Shown here in pieces: positions 47,169 to 56,471 of a stretch of DNA of 64,000 nt. The DNA is from Candidatus Poribacteria bacterium (lineage in GTDB: Bacteria > Poribacteria > WGA-4E > UBA9662), in assembly GCA_036339735.1 (NCBI GenBank), contig JAYZAL010000019.1, forward strand, positions 32,001 through 96,000, written 5' to 3'. The translations under genes were made by a program, and so were the position numbers. The notes under the pieces were generated by a model. The model searched no databases and was not told where the DNA came from. It worked only from the letters and a program-made list of their open reading frames with translations. The first letter of the stretch is position 1; each line of letters begins with the position of its first letter.

Positions 47169-48302
47169 TTGAAAATAACTAACATCAAAACCTTCATGGT
47201 ACAAATTAATAACCGATCTCGTGCCTTGATAAAAATTGAAACAAATGAAGGTATTCATGGTTGGGGGGAAGCTTATTCAATTGGTCCAGATTTAGCAGCA
47301 GAACCCATTGCTAACTACATTTTTGAGTTAATAAAAGGGGAAGATCCTAGACGGATTGAATATCTCATGTTGAAATTACACCAGCAGTTTCGATTTCCGA
47401 TTGGTGGTGTAGGCTTGGCAGTAACTTCAGCTGTTGATCATGCATTGTGGGATATTAGCGGAAAAGCCGCTGGCTTACCTACTTACATGCTCCTGGGCGG
47501 TTCAGTTCGAGATCGAGTAGAAGTATACCTTCATTTAGGAGGTCAATCAGGTAAAGAAGCTGCTGATCAGGCAGGACGGTTGAATGAAAATTGGGGCGTA
47601 ACGGTTTTTAAAACCAGTCCATATCGTGTTGATATGTTGGCCAACAGATGGGGTATGGTCTGTGCAACTGCAGCAAGTTTTTTTTCAGATTTGCGTCAGC
47701 ATACGCCGAGTAATTGGGAATTTGCTTTTGATGCTCACGCAAAAGTTTTCGAGCCAATTCGCGCATTACAGCTAGCAAATGCTTTAGCCGATTATGATCC
47801 TTATTTTTACGAAGAGCCAATTCGACCGGAACATATTCCGGCTTGGTCTCAGCTAAGATCACAAATACAGGTTCCTCTGGCAACTGGCGAATGCTTGTAT
47901 ACTCGTTTTGAATTTCTGGATTTGATCACCCAAAAAGGTGCAGACATAATTCAGCCTGATGTATGTGCATGTGGTGGACTTTTAGAAATGAAAAAAATTG
48001 CAGCTATTGGTGAAGCCCACTATGTTTCCATTGCGCCGCACAATCCGATGGGACCGCTAGCGACAGCAGTTAATTTTCACTTCGCTTTATCAACTCCGAA
48101 TTTCAAGATTTTGGAATACAATCTGCCTGATGCATATCCTTGGGTTGATGAGCCTTATTTGCCTAAAGACGGTTACTTAGAAATCCGTGACAGACCTGGC
48201 TTGGGAATAGATATAATTGAAGAAGCCATCCCAGAAAAATCTTATCAACATTGGCAACGTGACAGCTTGACTAAACCTGATGGTTCAACCGGATACATTT
48301 AA
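47169..48302 (+). CDS. Mandelate racemase/galactonate dehydratase-like enolase-superfamily enzyme
   Basis: GWGE, ALWDISGK, DAH, EEP, ATGE, QPD, PHN, PGLG. Confidence 0.88.
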   Translation: MKITNIKTFMVQINNRSRALIKIETNEGIHGWGEAYSIGPDLAAEPIANYIFELIKGEDPRRIEYLMLKLHQQFRFPIGGVGLAVTSAVDHALWDISGKAAGLPTYMLLGGSVRDRVEVYLHLGGQSGKEAADQAGRLNENWGVTVFKTSPYRVDMLANRWGMVCATAASFFSDLRQHTPSNWEFAFDAHAKVFEPIRALQLANALADYDPYFYEEPIRPEHIPAWSQLRSQIQVPLATGECLYTRFEFLDLITQKGADIIQPDVCACGGLLEMKKIAAIGEAHYVSIAPHNPMGPLATAVNFHFALSTPNFKILEYNLPDAYPWVDEPYLPKDGYLEIRDRPGLGIDIIEEAIPEKSYQHWQRDSLTKPDGSTGYI

Positions 48303-48303
48303 T

Positions 48304-48696
48304 CTAGGCTTTTTGTTCGTTACTATAACTAAAATCTGAAAGTTCAAAGAAGGTGTCTTCGAAGTTTTCTTCTTCCTGGTGTTGACACGGGAAATCCTTC
48401 TCTATCAATAGATGTAGCTGATCATTTTTATTCACTGATAGATGATATTCAATGCTAACCTGATCCGAATTAGCCCATTGGGTAACTAATGGCTTCGGTA
48501 ATTGAACAATAATGTTCCCATTGGTGTAGCTAATTTCTGGTTGGTTAATTGTATTAAGCGATTGCAGTTGATAAACCAAAGTCTGTCCAGGTCTGAAAGT
48601 CACACTCTCATCTATCTGACTTGTTTCTTGTAACTTTTTCAACTCAGACTTGCGTAACCGCAATCGTAGGCTATTGTGTACAAAACGTAATTTCAT
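48304..48696 (-). CDS. Hypothetical protein (DUF7009-like)
   Basis: MKLR..NSLRLRL...LLIEKDF.C pattern. Confidence 0.65.
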   Translation of the reverse strand: MKLRFVHNSLRLRLRKSELKKLQETSQIDESVTFRPGQTLVYQLQSLNTINQPEISYTNGNIIVQLPKPLVTQWANSDQVSIEYHLSVNKNDQLHLLIEKDFPCQHQEEENFEDTFFELSDFSYSNEQKA

Positions 48697-48771
48697 TTGT
48701 CCTACGCTACCTTATGAAATCAATGTCAACTATACTCAGACTGACGCTTAAGTGTCAATCCAATCTGCTGA

Positions 48772-48800
48772 TTGACAAACTTACCCTCCAATGCTATGCT
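48772..48800 (+). promoter_or_regulatory. Strong sigma70 promoter about 260 nt upstream of lolA
   Basis: TTGACA-17 nt-TATGCT with TG extension. Confidence 0.7.
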
Positions 48801-49059
48801 ATCGAGCTTTGATTAGCAAAGGTGCTTGGCGTTAAAAATATGCTTCATGTTCCTCCCTGTGGACAATCGTACTGAGTCGGTTCCATGGTTGTATTGGTTG
48901 CTCATTGAGGTTTGTTACTCTCCATAGAAATCGCCACCGAGAGAAGAGGGAAAAGAAAAATGTTTAATTCCTCTCAGAGATACGCAGGATAAAATTTACA
49001 TAACAAACTAAAAGGAGCTCAGTGTTCTCCTAACTCTTAAGAGTAGGGAATTCGACGAT

Positions 49060-49791
49060 ATGATACCTATGAGACGAATAAAAATTAAAATTGGATACCT
49101 ATTATTACTCGTTTCCGTTCAGATGAACATCAGTTTTGTTCATGCATATACTGCCGAAGAAGTTTTTGATCAGTTCAAATTGGCTTATGAAAAGTCAGTG
49201 AATTTTGCCGCCGATTTTGAAGAAACTACTATTCGAAACACTAATAAAGGAATAGCTCGTGGTCGTATATCCTTTAGTAAACCTAATCTGTTACGTCAAG
49301 AGTATGTTAGCCAAGAAGACCCAGATAATATTGTCCAGTTAATTATTTTAGATGGAAAATTCTCTTGGTCTTATACACCTTTTCTCAATCAGGTTAACCG
49401 TATGAAAATTGAGGATCCTAAGCAGAAAGAGCTGATACCTGGAATAGGTATTTCCTTGGAAGGAACAGAACAAAATTATCAAATCAACCTAGTTTTAGAT
49501 GAAGCTGCTCAAAAGAAGGATATTTATCAACTCGAGTTGAAACCTAAGCCTCACTTGATCGCCAAGAATGATGATGGTTCAAGTGTTAGTGAAGTATTGG
49601 AGATATGGATTAGTGCAAAAGACTGGCTTCCAGTCCAGTTCGGTTATCGTTCTTCTAATCAACAAGGAGATAAAATGAGCGTCATTGTAGCATTGAAAAA
49701 TATTCGTCGAAATAAGAACATACCAGCCCAAGCGTTTAGGTTTGAAATGCCAGATGATGTCGAACTGGTTGATCTGACCGAAGAGAAATAA
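49060..49791 (+). CDS. lolA: Outer-membrane lipoprotein carrier LolA family protein
   Basis: Signal peptide, ADF, G..FSKPNLLR.EY, DGK.SWSY.P..NQV, FRFEMP. Confidence 0.75.
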   Translation: MIPMRRIKIKIGYLLLLVSVQMNISFVHAYTAEEVFDQFKLAYEKSVNFAADFEETTIRNTNKGIARGRISFSKPNLLRQEYVSQEDPDNIVQLIILDGKFSWSYTPFLNQVNRMKIEDPKQKELIPGIGISLEGTEQNYQINLVLDEAAQKKDIYQLELKPKPHLIAKNDDGSSVSEVLEIWISAKDWLPVQFGYRSSNQQGDKMSVIVALKNIRRNKNIPAQAFRFEMPDDVELVDLTEEK

Positions 49792-49827
49792 ATTTGAGTT
49801 GATGGTTTCCGGTTAGGTAAATAAATA

Positions 49828-50433
49828 ATGATTGATTTCATAAAAAAGCACATTGCTAATGCGTTAACTGTTCTTCGTTTAGTAATGACACCAATCTTTA
49901 TTTTTATGTTCTTGCATGGTCAACACGTAAACGCTTTAATTATGTTTTCCTTGGCTGCCATAACCGATTTTTTAGACGGTAAATTAGCCCGAATGTATAA
50001 TGTGTCAAATTTTGGAAAGATAGCTGATTCTTTAGCTGATAAATTTCTCGTTGGCGGGGCATTAGTTGTTTTTTCATTATTTCCAAAAGGAGGATTAATT
50101 CCGGCTTGGATGGTTATGGTAATCTTGTTTCGAGAGGTGATAGTAACTGTACTGAGATCAATTTTTATTGCACGATACGGAAAAGTAGTACCTGCTAATA
50201 TATGGGGTAAACTCAAGACCAACACACAAATGATTGCTGTAATTATCGTGTTGATAATGTTTGCTTTTCGAGAGTTACGACCAGGTGTTGAACAACTAGC
50301 CTTACATTTGCAGGGACCATACGGTTCCGTTTTTTTGATGATGTGTATTCCACTGATTTGCACTGTTGCATCAGGAGGTCAGTTTTTGTGGGCGAATCGA
50401 CGGGCTTTGTCGGGCTTGTTAGGTTCGAACTAA
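49828..50433 (+). CDS. pgsA: CDP-diacylglycerol--glycerol-3-phosphate 3-phosphatidyltransferase
   Basis: NALTVLR, TDFLDGKLAR, FGKIADSLADK, GKLKT. Confidence 0.88.
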   Translation: MIDFIKKHIANALTVLRLVMTPIFIFMFLHGQHVNALIMFSLAAITDFLDGKLARMYNVSNFGKIADSLADKFLVGGALVVFSLFPKGGLIPAWMVMVILFREVIVTVLRSIFIARYGKVVPANIWGKLKTNTQMIAVIIVLIMFAFRELRPGVEQLALHLQGPYGSVFLMMCIPLICTVASGGQFLWANRRALSGLLGSN

Positions 50434-50991
50434 ATGGAGTCGGGAAAAATTCGTTGTTTCGTAGCAATTGAAATACCAATAGATATCAAGTCTCAATTAG
50501 CTTCGATTCAAGAGAAAATTCAATGGGATGAATTATCCTGGGTCGAATCAGAAAATATGCATCTTACGGTTAAGTTCGTCGGATTTATGCCCCAAGCGGA
50601 CCAACCTAAAATCGAAAAAAAATTAATAGAAGTTTCTAATCAACAACGGCCTTTTATTCTCAGGGTTGGGGATTTAGGTGCTTTCCCTAACTTTTTTCAG
50701 CCCAAAGTTCTCTGGGCTGGTATAAAAAACGGTAAAGAAGTTTCGGATCTATCGATTCGAATAAACAAAGCTTTAAAAGTTATTGGCTATTTACCAGAAA
50801 AGAGACAGTTTGTACCTCATATAACTTTGGCCAGAGTTCATACCCCAGTTAATCTACAAAAACTTGCAGACTATCAGCTCCCAAAAGATCTATCGATAGC
50901 AGTCAACCATATATCACTAATGCAGAGTCAGCTGTTATCTTCCGGTGCTGTATATGATCGCTTATCGTTATTTTCGTTCGCTTCAGCTTAA
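50434..50991 (+). CDS. thpR: RNA 2',3'-cyclic phosphodiesterase (2H family)
   Basis: Two HxT motifs (HLTV, HITL); between pgsA and recA. Confidence 0.9.
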   Translation: MESGKIRCFVAIEIPIDIKSQLASIQEKIQWDELSWVESENMHLTVKFVGFMPQADQPKIEKKLIEVSNQQRPFILRVGDLGAFPNFFQPKVLWAGIKNGKEVSDLSIRINKALKVIGYLPEKRQFVPHITLARVHTPVNLQKLADYQLPKDLSIAVNHISLMQSQLLSSGAVYDRLSLFSFASA

Positions 50992-51026
50992 ATTGCTTAA
51001 TTAAATTATTAAGGAGAAATATATAA

Positions 51027-52079
51027 ATGAGTGATTCCGAAAAAAGCCGAATTATTGACTTGGCAATAGCTCAAATCGAGAAACAACACGGAAAAGGCTC
51101 GATTATGCGCTTTAATAGTGATGATATTGTTCCTGTTGAAGCTATCCCAACTGGTTCAATTGGTCTTGATATTGCTCTAGGTGTTGGCGGAGTACCTAGG
51201 GGCCGAATAGTTGAAATTTACGGCCACGAAGGAAGTGGGAAAACAACCCTTACGCTTCATGTAGTAGCTGAAGCCCAGAAGATGGGGGGGGTTGCGGCTT
51301 TTATTGATGTTGAACATGCTATTGATCCTCTCTATGCTCGAAACATCGGTGTTGATATGGATAGCGTCCTAATCTCACAACCAGATACTGCCGAGCAGGC
51401 ATTAGAAATTGCAGAAACTTTAATTCGTAGTGGAGCTATTGATGTGGTTGTCGTTGACTCTGTAGCAGCACTAGCTCCTTCAGTTGAGATTGAGGGTGAG
51501 ATGGGAGATGCTCATGTTGGTGTATTACCACGATTAATGTCAAAAGCTTTGCGTAAGCTAAGTGGGGTAACTAACCGATCGAAAACGACCGTTATTTTTA
51601 CCAACCAAATTCGACAGAAGATAGGAGTTATGTTTGGAAATCCGGAAACGACACCTGGTGGATTAGCTCTTAAATTTCATGCTTCTGTTCGATTGGAAGT
51701 TCGGCGAGCTGAAGCTCTAAAAGATGGTGGAGAAACGACCGGAAATCGGGTGCGAGTTAAAGTTGTCAAAAACAAAGTTGCGCCTCCCTTTACTCAGGTC
51801 GAGTTTGATATTGACTTTGGTAAAGGTATTTCTAAAGTCGGTGATTTAATTGATGTGGGAGTCGATAAAGAAATCGTAAGAAAAAGTGGGGCCTGGTTCT
51901 ACTATGGTGAGCAGCGACTCGGCCAAGGTAAAGAAAACGCTAAGAATTTTCTGCTTGAGAACAATGAAGTACGAACTTCCATTGACAAAGAAATTAGATC
52001 TGCTCTCAATTTTGGCGATGAGCAAGTAGAAGAGGATACGTTAGAAGATGTAGCTGCTGATCAGCTAGACGAAGTTTAA
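51027..52079 (+). CDS. recA: Recombinase A
   Basis: [32 protein letters not shown]. Confidence 0.98.
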   Translation: MSDSEKSRIIDLAIAQIEKQHGKGSIMRFNSDDIVPVEAIPTGSIGLDIALGVGGVPRGRIVEIYGHEGSGKTTLTLHVVAEAQKMGGVAAFIDVEHAIDPLYARNIGVDMDSVLISQPDTAEQALEIAETLIRSGAIDVVVVDSVAALAPSVEIEGEMGDAHVGVLPRLMSKALRKLSGVTNRSKTTVIFTNQIRQKIGVMFGNPETTPGGLALKFHASVRLEVRRAEALKDGGETTGNRVRVKVVKNKVAPPFTQVEFDIDFGKGISKVGDLIDVGVDKEIVRKSGAWFYYGEQRLGQGKENAKNFLLENNEVRTSIDKEIRSALNFGDEQVEEDTLEDVAADQLDEV

Positions 52080-52085
52080 ACACAA

Positions 52086-52140
52086 AAGAAGTTCGCTCTT
52101 CGAGTACATCGGATGAAGCGAACTTCTTGTTTTATTTTTT
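52086..52140. terminator. Terminator after recA, probably bidirectional
   Basis: AAGAAGTTCGCT...AGCGAACTTCTT followed by a T-rich tail. Confidence 0.75.
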
Positions 52141-52148
52141 GTTATGCG

Positions 52149-52316
52149 TCAGCGACGTTTGCTGGGGTCGGATAAGCCTTTCGATGCGGAAGCACTATCT
52201 GGCATGCCAAACCCAGCAAAGGGGCCTGATTCGGGCATCTTGTAGAAGAGACCTGCCAAAACAATAAGTGCTATCAATGCAGCCATCACTACGTAGGCCG
52301 CGATTGGTAGTTTCAT
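52149..52316 (-). CDS. 55-aa single-pass membrane protein, not in the ORF track
   Basis: AGGAGG RBS; MKLPIAAYVVMAALIALIVLAGLFYKMPESGPFAGFGMPDSASASKGLSDPSKRR*. Confidence 0.7.
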   Translation of the reverse strand: MKLPIAAYVVMAALIALIVLAGLFYKMPESGPFAGFGMPDSASASKGLSDPSKRR

Positions 52317-52462
52317 CTTTTCCTCCTAGAGAATTGAGCCTGGTTCCCATTTTAAAGTCAGGTTTTTTTGCATTGAAACAATGATCTATTACTGCTATTT
52401 TAGCATTAAGCCGGTTTCTATGCGAGATTTTTTAAAACAGTATTTCAGGAGCAGGGAAAAAA

Positions 52463-54355
52463 ATGAATACGCTATTAATTGCAGTTGCTAGCTTTGTTGG
52501 TTTCATTGTTGCTTATCATACCTATGGTAGATGGTTAGCAAGTAAAATTTTTGGCTTGGATTCAGAAGCTGTGGTTCCAAGCCAAGAAATGAGAGACGAT
52601 ATTGATTATGTTCCGACCAAGCGTGAGATTATTTTTGGACATCATTTTACCAGTATTGCTGGTACTGGGCCAATTGTCGGACCTGCTATTGCTGTGTTTT
52701 GGGGGTGGTTACCAGCTCTTTTATGGGTGATCCTAGGCTCGATTTTCATTGGTGCTGTACATGATTTTGGTGCTTTGGTGATTTCGATGAGGAATCGTGG
52801 GCAGACAGTAGGTGATATTGCAGGGCGAATGATCACACCTAGAGCAAAAATTTTCTTTTTATTGGTTCTGTTTATGTCTCTGACAATTGTTTTAGCCATT
52901 TTTGGATTAGTTATAGCTTTAATTTTTGCGCTCTACCCAGAATCAGTCTTGTCCGTCTGGATCGAAATCCCATTGGCTATCTCTATTGGTATATGGATTC
53001 ACAGAAAAGGTAAAAGCTTACTGATACCCTCCGTCTTAGCTTTAGGGGTTATGTACGTTTCAATGGCAGTTGGGGCTTATATTTTACCGATTGATTTGTC
53101 TCGCTTATTTGGTCTTCCGTTGGTAGGGCAAACACTAGCCAATGTGGTAGTTGTTTGGACAATGATTCTATTCGTTTATTGTTTCATCGCATCGGTTTTG
53201 CCCGTTTGGACTCTTTTGCAACCTAGGGATTATATTAATTCTCATGAATTAATTGTAGCTCTAGGGTTACTCATTATAGGATTGGTTATAGCAGGTGTAA
53301 CAGGCAAAGCTGATTTGCTTGTGTCGGCGCCTGCAGTCGCAAATAAAATTCCGATTGATGCACCACCAATTATGCCATTTTTGTTTATTACTATCGCTTG
53401 TGGCGCTATTAGCGGATTTCATTGTTTAGTTAGTTCAGGTACATCTAGTAAACAGATCGAAAGTGAAGCAGATGCTCAGTACGTTGGATATGGCGCCATG
53501 CTTCTGGAAGGTGGATTGGCTGTGGTTGTAATTTTAGCCTGTTGCGCCGGAATTGGTATGGGATTGTTCGAAAAAAGTGGTACTGGTGCTAGTTATGCCT
53601 TTACTCCCGTCGTAGACCAATCGACTGGTAAACAGATATCAGGCCGATTAGCTTGGGAGTCTCGGTATTCGGCAGAAATCAGTCAGATAGATGGAAAGCT
53701 AGTCGGGGGATGGAAGAACCACAGCTTGGGTAAAAAGGTGAGTGCCTTTATTGATGGAGGTGGAAATTTTCTATCTGTCATTGGTATTCCTCTGAAAATG
53801 GGCATTACGATAATGGCAGTATTAGTAGCGAGTTTTGCTGCAACCACTTTAGATTCGGCGACAAGACTTCAGCGCTACGTTATTCAAGAACTTGGTCAGA
53901 CCCTTAGCTTATCTTTTGTTACCAATCGTTATGTGTCCACCGCAATAGCATTGATTTTAGGAGGAGCCGTCGCTTTACTACCAGGTCCTAGTGGGCCTGG
54001 TAGTGGTGGGATGATCCTATGGCCTTTATTCGGAGCAACTAATCAACTACTGGCAGGTTTAGCTTTCATGGTGATTCTCTTTTACTTGATTCGCCGCAAT
54101 AAACCTGTTTGGTTTGTTGCTTTGCCAATGTTGGCTATGATAATAATGCCAACTTGGGCCATGATGCATAACATATTTAATCCCGAAACAGGTTGGTGGA
54201 TTAATCAAAAGTACTTGCTAGTCTGCTTTGGCCTTGGAATTCAATTCTTGCAATTTTGGATACTTGTAGAGGGTTTGACCGCGCTGAAGAATGCAAAAGG
54301 TAATTATCCGGAATTGCCTCCGATAGAAAAAAGCCAAGCACAAGTGGTTAGCTAA
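52463..54355 (+). CDS. cstA: Carbon starvation protein A family transporter
   Basis: GHHFTSIAGTGPIVGP, LLQPRDY, IACGAISGFH, TTLDSATR, LWPLFGATNQL. Confidence 0.93.
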   Translation: MNTLLIAVASFVGFIVAYHTYGRWLASKIFGLDSEAVVPSQEMRDDIDYVPTKREIIFGHHFTSIAGTGPIVGPAIAVFWGWLPALLWVILGSIFIGAVHDFGALVISMRNRGQTVGDIAGRMITPRAKIFFLLVLFMSLTIVLAIFGLVIALIFALYPESVLSVWIEIPLAISIGIWIHRKGKSLLIPSVLALGVMYVSMAVGAYILPIDLSRLFGLPLVGQTLANVVVVWTMILFVYCFIASVLPVWTLLQPRDYINSHELIVALGLLIIGLVIAGVTGKADLLVSAPAVANKIPIDAPPIMPFLFITIACGAISGFHCLVSSGTSSKQIESEADAQYVGYGAMLLEGGLAVVVILACCAGIGMGLFEKSGTGASYAFTPVVDQSTGKQISGRLAWESRYSAEISQIDGKLVGGWKNHSLGKKVSAFIDGGGNFLSVIGIPLKMGITIMAVLVASFAATTLDSATRLQRYVIQELGQTLSLSFVTNRYVSTAIALILGGAVALLPGPSGPGSGGMILWPLFGATNQLLAGLAFMVILFYLIRRNKPVWFVALPMLAMIIMPTWAMMHNIFNPETGWWINQKYLLVCFGLGIQFLQFWILVEGLTALKNAKGNYPELPPIEKSQAQVVS

Positions 54356-54360
54356 CTCGC

Positions 54361-54389
54361 TTGACGGCTATTGATTTGAATAGTATAAT
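54361..54389 (+). promoter_or_regulatory. Sigma70 promoter
   Basis: TTGACG-17 nt-TATAAT. Confidence 0.7.
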
Positions 54390-54454
54390 TCGCCGAGTTT
54401 GGCCTTCGCTCGGAGTGCCGTTTTTAGAAAAAATAGACTAACAGGAAAGATCTG

Positions 54455-56356
54455 GTGTTAAAAAATCTCAAAAGTATTACCGTATTGGTACTAGTGTTGA
54501 TTTTAGGTGTGGTATGTTTATCTGCCCAACAGTGGGAAGTGGTAAAAAGTGCCAAATGGCAGGCCAAGTTCAACGATGTGTTCTTTTTGGATAATTCGAC
54601 TCAAGTAGGTTGGATTGTTGGTTCTCACTCTACTATTCTGCATACCAAAGACGGCGGAAAAAATTGGGAACGTCAGCCGAACGTACCATTTCCATCTTCT
54701 TTTGATAAGATAGAACTCAATAAAATTCGTTTTATATCTTCAACCATGGGATGGGTTTGTGGTGATAATGGAACGGTTCTAAAAACGATAGATGGCGGAA
54801 AAACTTGGGATAAGCTGAACACCGGTACCAATACCGTACTAGTTGCCATTACTTTCGCCGACGAAAATAATGGCTGGGCTGGTGGTGATGGTGGTTATGT
54901 TACTCATACCAACGACGGTGGTCGAAGTTGGAATGCTCAAGATACAAAAACTAACAACGTAATTATGGGTATATCTTTCAAAAGTCCAACCGTGGGTTGG
55001 GCTGTTGGTGGAGGCGGAACGGTTCTCGGTACTGTTGATGGTGGGCAAACCTGGAAGTCACAGAAAAGTGGAACAGCATCAACTTTGGACGCACTGTTTA
55101 TGTTGACCGATCAGGTCGGCTGGGCTTCGGGTGGTAATGGAGCTCTTATACATACTGCTGACGGAGGAAAAACTTGGGAAAGTCAGGAAAGTAAGGTGCC
55201 AAATACCAATGGTATGCCAGAGCCAATTTGGGGTATACACTTTGCTGATGAAAACCATGGTTACGGTGCAGCTGAGTTTGGTGTTATCTTGGCGACCGTT
55301 GATGGTGGTAAAACTTGGACTACTAGACCTCAGGTAGAACGTCCGGTACAGAAAAAGCTAAATTCAGTTCACTTAGTAAGTCCGAAAGAGGCTTGGATCG
55401 TCGGTGATTTCAGCACTGTTTTGCATACGACTGACGGTGGTAAAAACTGGGAAGTTGTATCGAGTAATAGCGATCTGACTCGAGTATCTTTCTACGAAAA
55501 TCAAGGCTGGGCGATCGGTTTGGCCGGTGCTGTTATGCACAGTTCTGACGAGGGGCAAACTTGGAAGGACCAGATTAGTGGTAATGCTTTCGAGCTGTTT
55601 GGTGTTGGATTTACCTCTGAACAACGGGGTTACATCGTTGGTAGCAATGCAACCTTACTGGAAACAAAAAATGCGGGTTCGAAGTGGCATATGGTTAATG
55701 ACCCTAGAGATGAAGGACATGGAACTGCTACGCGGATCGTATTTGATGATCCAATGACCAGTTGGAAAAGTGCTTTGGGCTTCTACAATTTGCATTTCCC
55801 CACATCCACTCACGGTTGGGGGGTTGGTGAAATGGGCAAAATTGCGGTTACTACGGATGGTGGCGAAAATTGGTATGGTCAATCGACGAACAATCCTCAG
55901 ATAGACTTCAATAACTTATTTGGAGTACATTTTGTAAGTGAAACAACGGGATGGGTTGTTGGTGCGGGGGGATCCGTAGCAAAGACAATAGATGCAGGTA
56001 AGACTTGGTTCGCACAATACTCAGGGCCCGAAGAATTGCGGGCCGTTTTCGCGGTTGATGTCAATACTGGTTGGATCGTTGGATCAGATGGCGCTATTTA
56101 TCACACCGCTGATGGTGGAAGTAGTTGGTCAAGGCAAGTTGCTCCTGTAAAAGCGACACTTACTGGTGTTGTCTTTTCTGATTCAAAAATGGGTTGGATC
56201 TCGGGTGATGATGGAACACTCTTGCATACTCAGGATGGAGGTGTAACTTGGTTGCAACAAGAAAGTCCAACTACTAATAACCTCGCGGACATAACACTTT
56301 CTAAATCTGGTAATGTTTGGGCTGTTGGTGAATCTGGAACAATCCTTCGCTACTAA
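54455..56356 (+). CDS. Secreted YCF48/BNR repeat protein (probably a double beta-propeller)
   Basis: Signal peptide; more than ten GW.VG..G.vl.T.DGG.TW repeats. Confidence 0.88.
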   Translation: MLKNLKSITVLVLVLILGVVCLSAQQWEVVKSAKWQAKFNDVFFLDNSTQVGWIVGSHSTILHTKDGGKNWERQPNVPFPSSFDKIELNKIRFISSTMGWVCGDNGTVLKTIDGGKTWDKLNTGTNTVLVAITFADENNGWAGGDGGYVTHTNDGGRSWNAQDTKTNNVIMGISFKSPTVGWAVGGGGTVLGTVDGGQTWKSQKSGTASTLDALFMLTDQVGWASGGNGALIHTADGGKTWESQESKVPNTNGMPEPIWGIHFADENHGYGAAEFGVILATVDGGKTWTTRPQVERPVQKKLNSVHLVSPKEAWIVGDFSTVLHTTDGGKNWEVVSSNSDLTRVSFYENQGWAIGLAGAVMHSSDEGQTWKDQISGNAFELFGVGFTSEQRGYIVGSNATLLETKNAGSKWHMVNDPRDEGHGTATRIVFDDPMTSWKSALGFYNLHFPTSTHGWGVGEMGKIAVTTDGGENWYGQSTNNPQIDFNNLFGVHFVSETTGWVVGAGGSVAKTIDAGKTWFAQYSGPEELRAVFAVDVNTGWIVGSDGAIYHTADGGSSWSRQVAPVKATLTGVVFSDSKMGWISGDDGTLLHTQDGGVTWLQQESPTTNNLADITLSKSGNVWAVGESGTILRY

Positions 56357-56406
56357 TAGGATTTGTTTGCTTGACAATTGATTTAGTAGCCCACTACTTG
56401 GAGATG

Positions 56407-56443
56407 AGTGCCGTAGTCAATAACACACGGCACTTTGTTTTTT
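56407..56443 (+). terminator. Intrinsic terminator or attenuator between the YCF48 and TolC genes
   Basis: AGTGCCGT-12 nt-ACGGCACT-TTGTTTTTT. Confidence 0.7.
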
Positions 56444-56471
56444 GCTTCCTGCTAGATACCTTCATTTCGTA

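Noticed and set aside
48807-49059. Cobalamin or glycine riboswitch, SRP RNA or RNase P RNA
   Set aside because: Only fragments (AAGGTGC, CTCTCAG) resemble them; core consensus elements were not found by eye.
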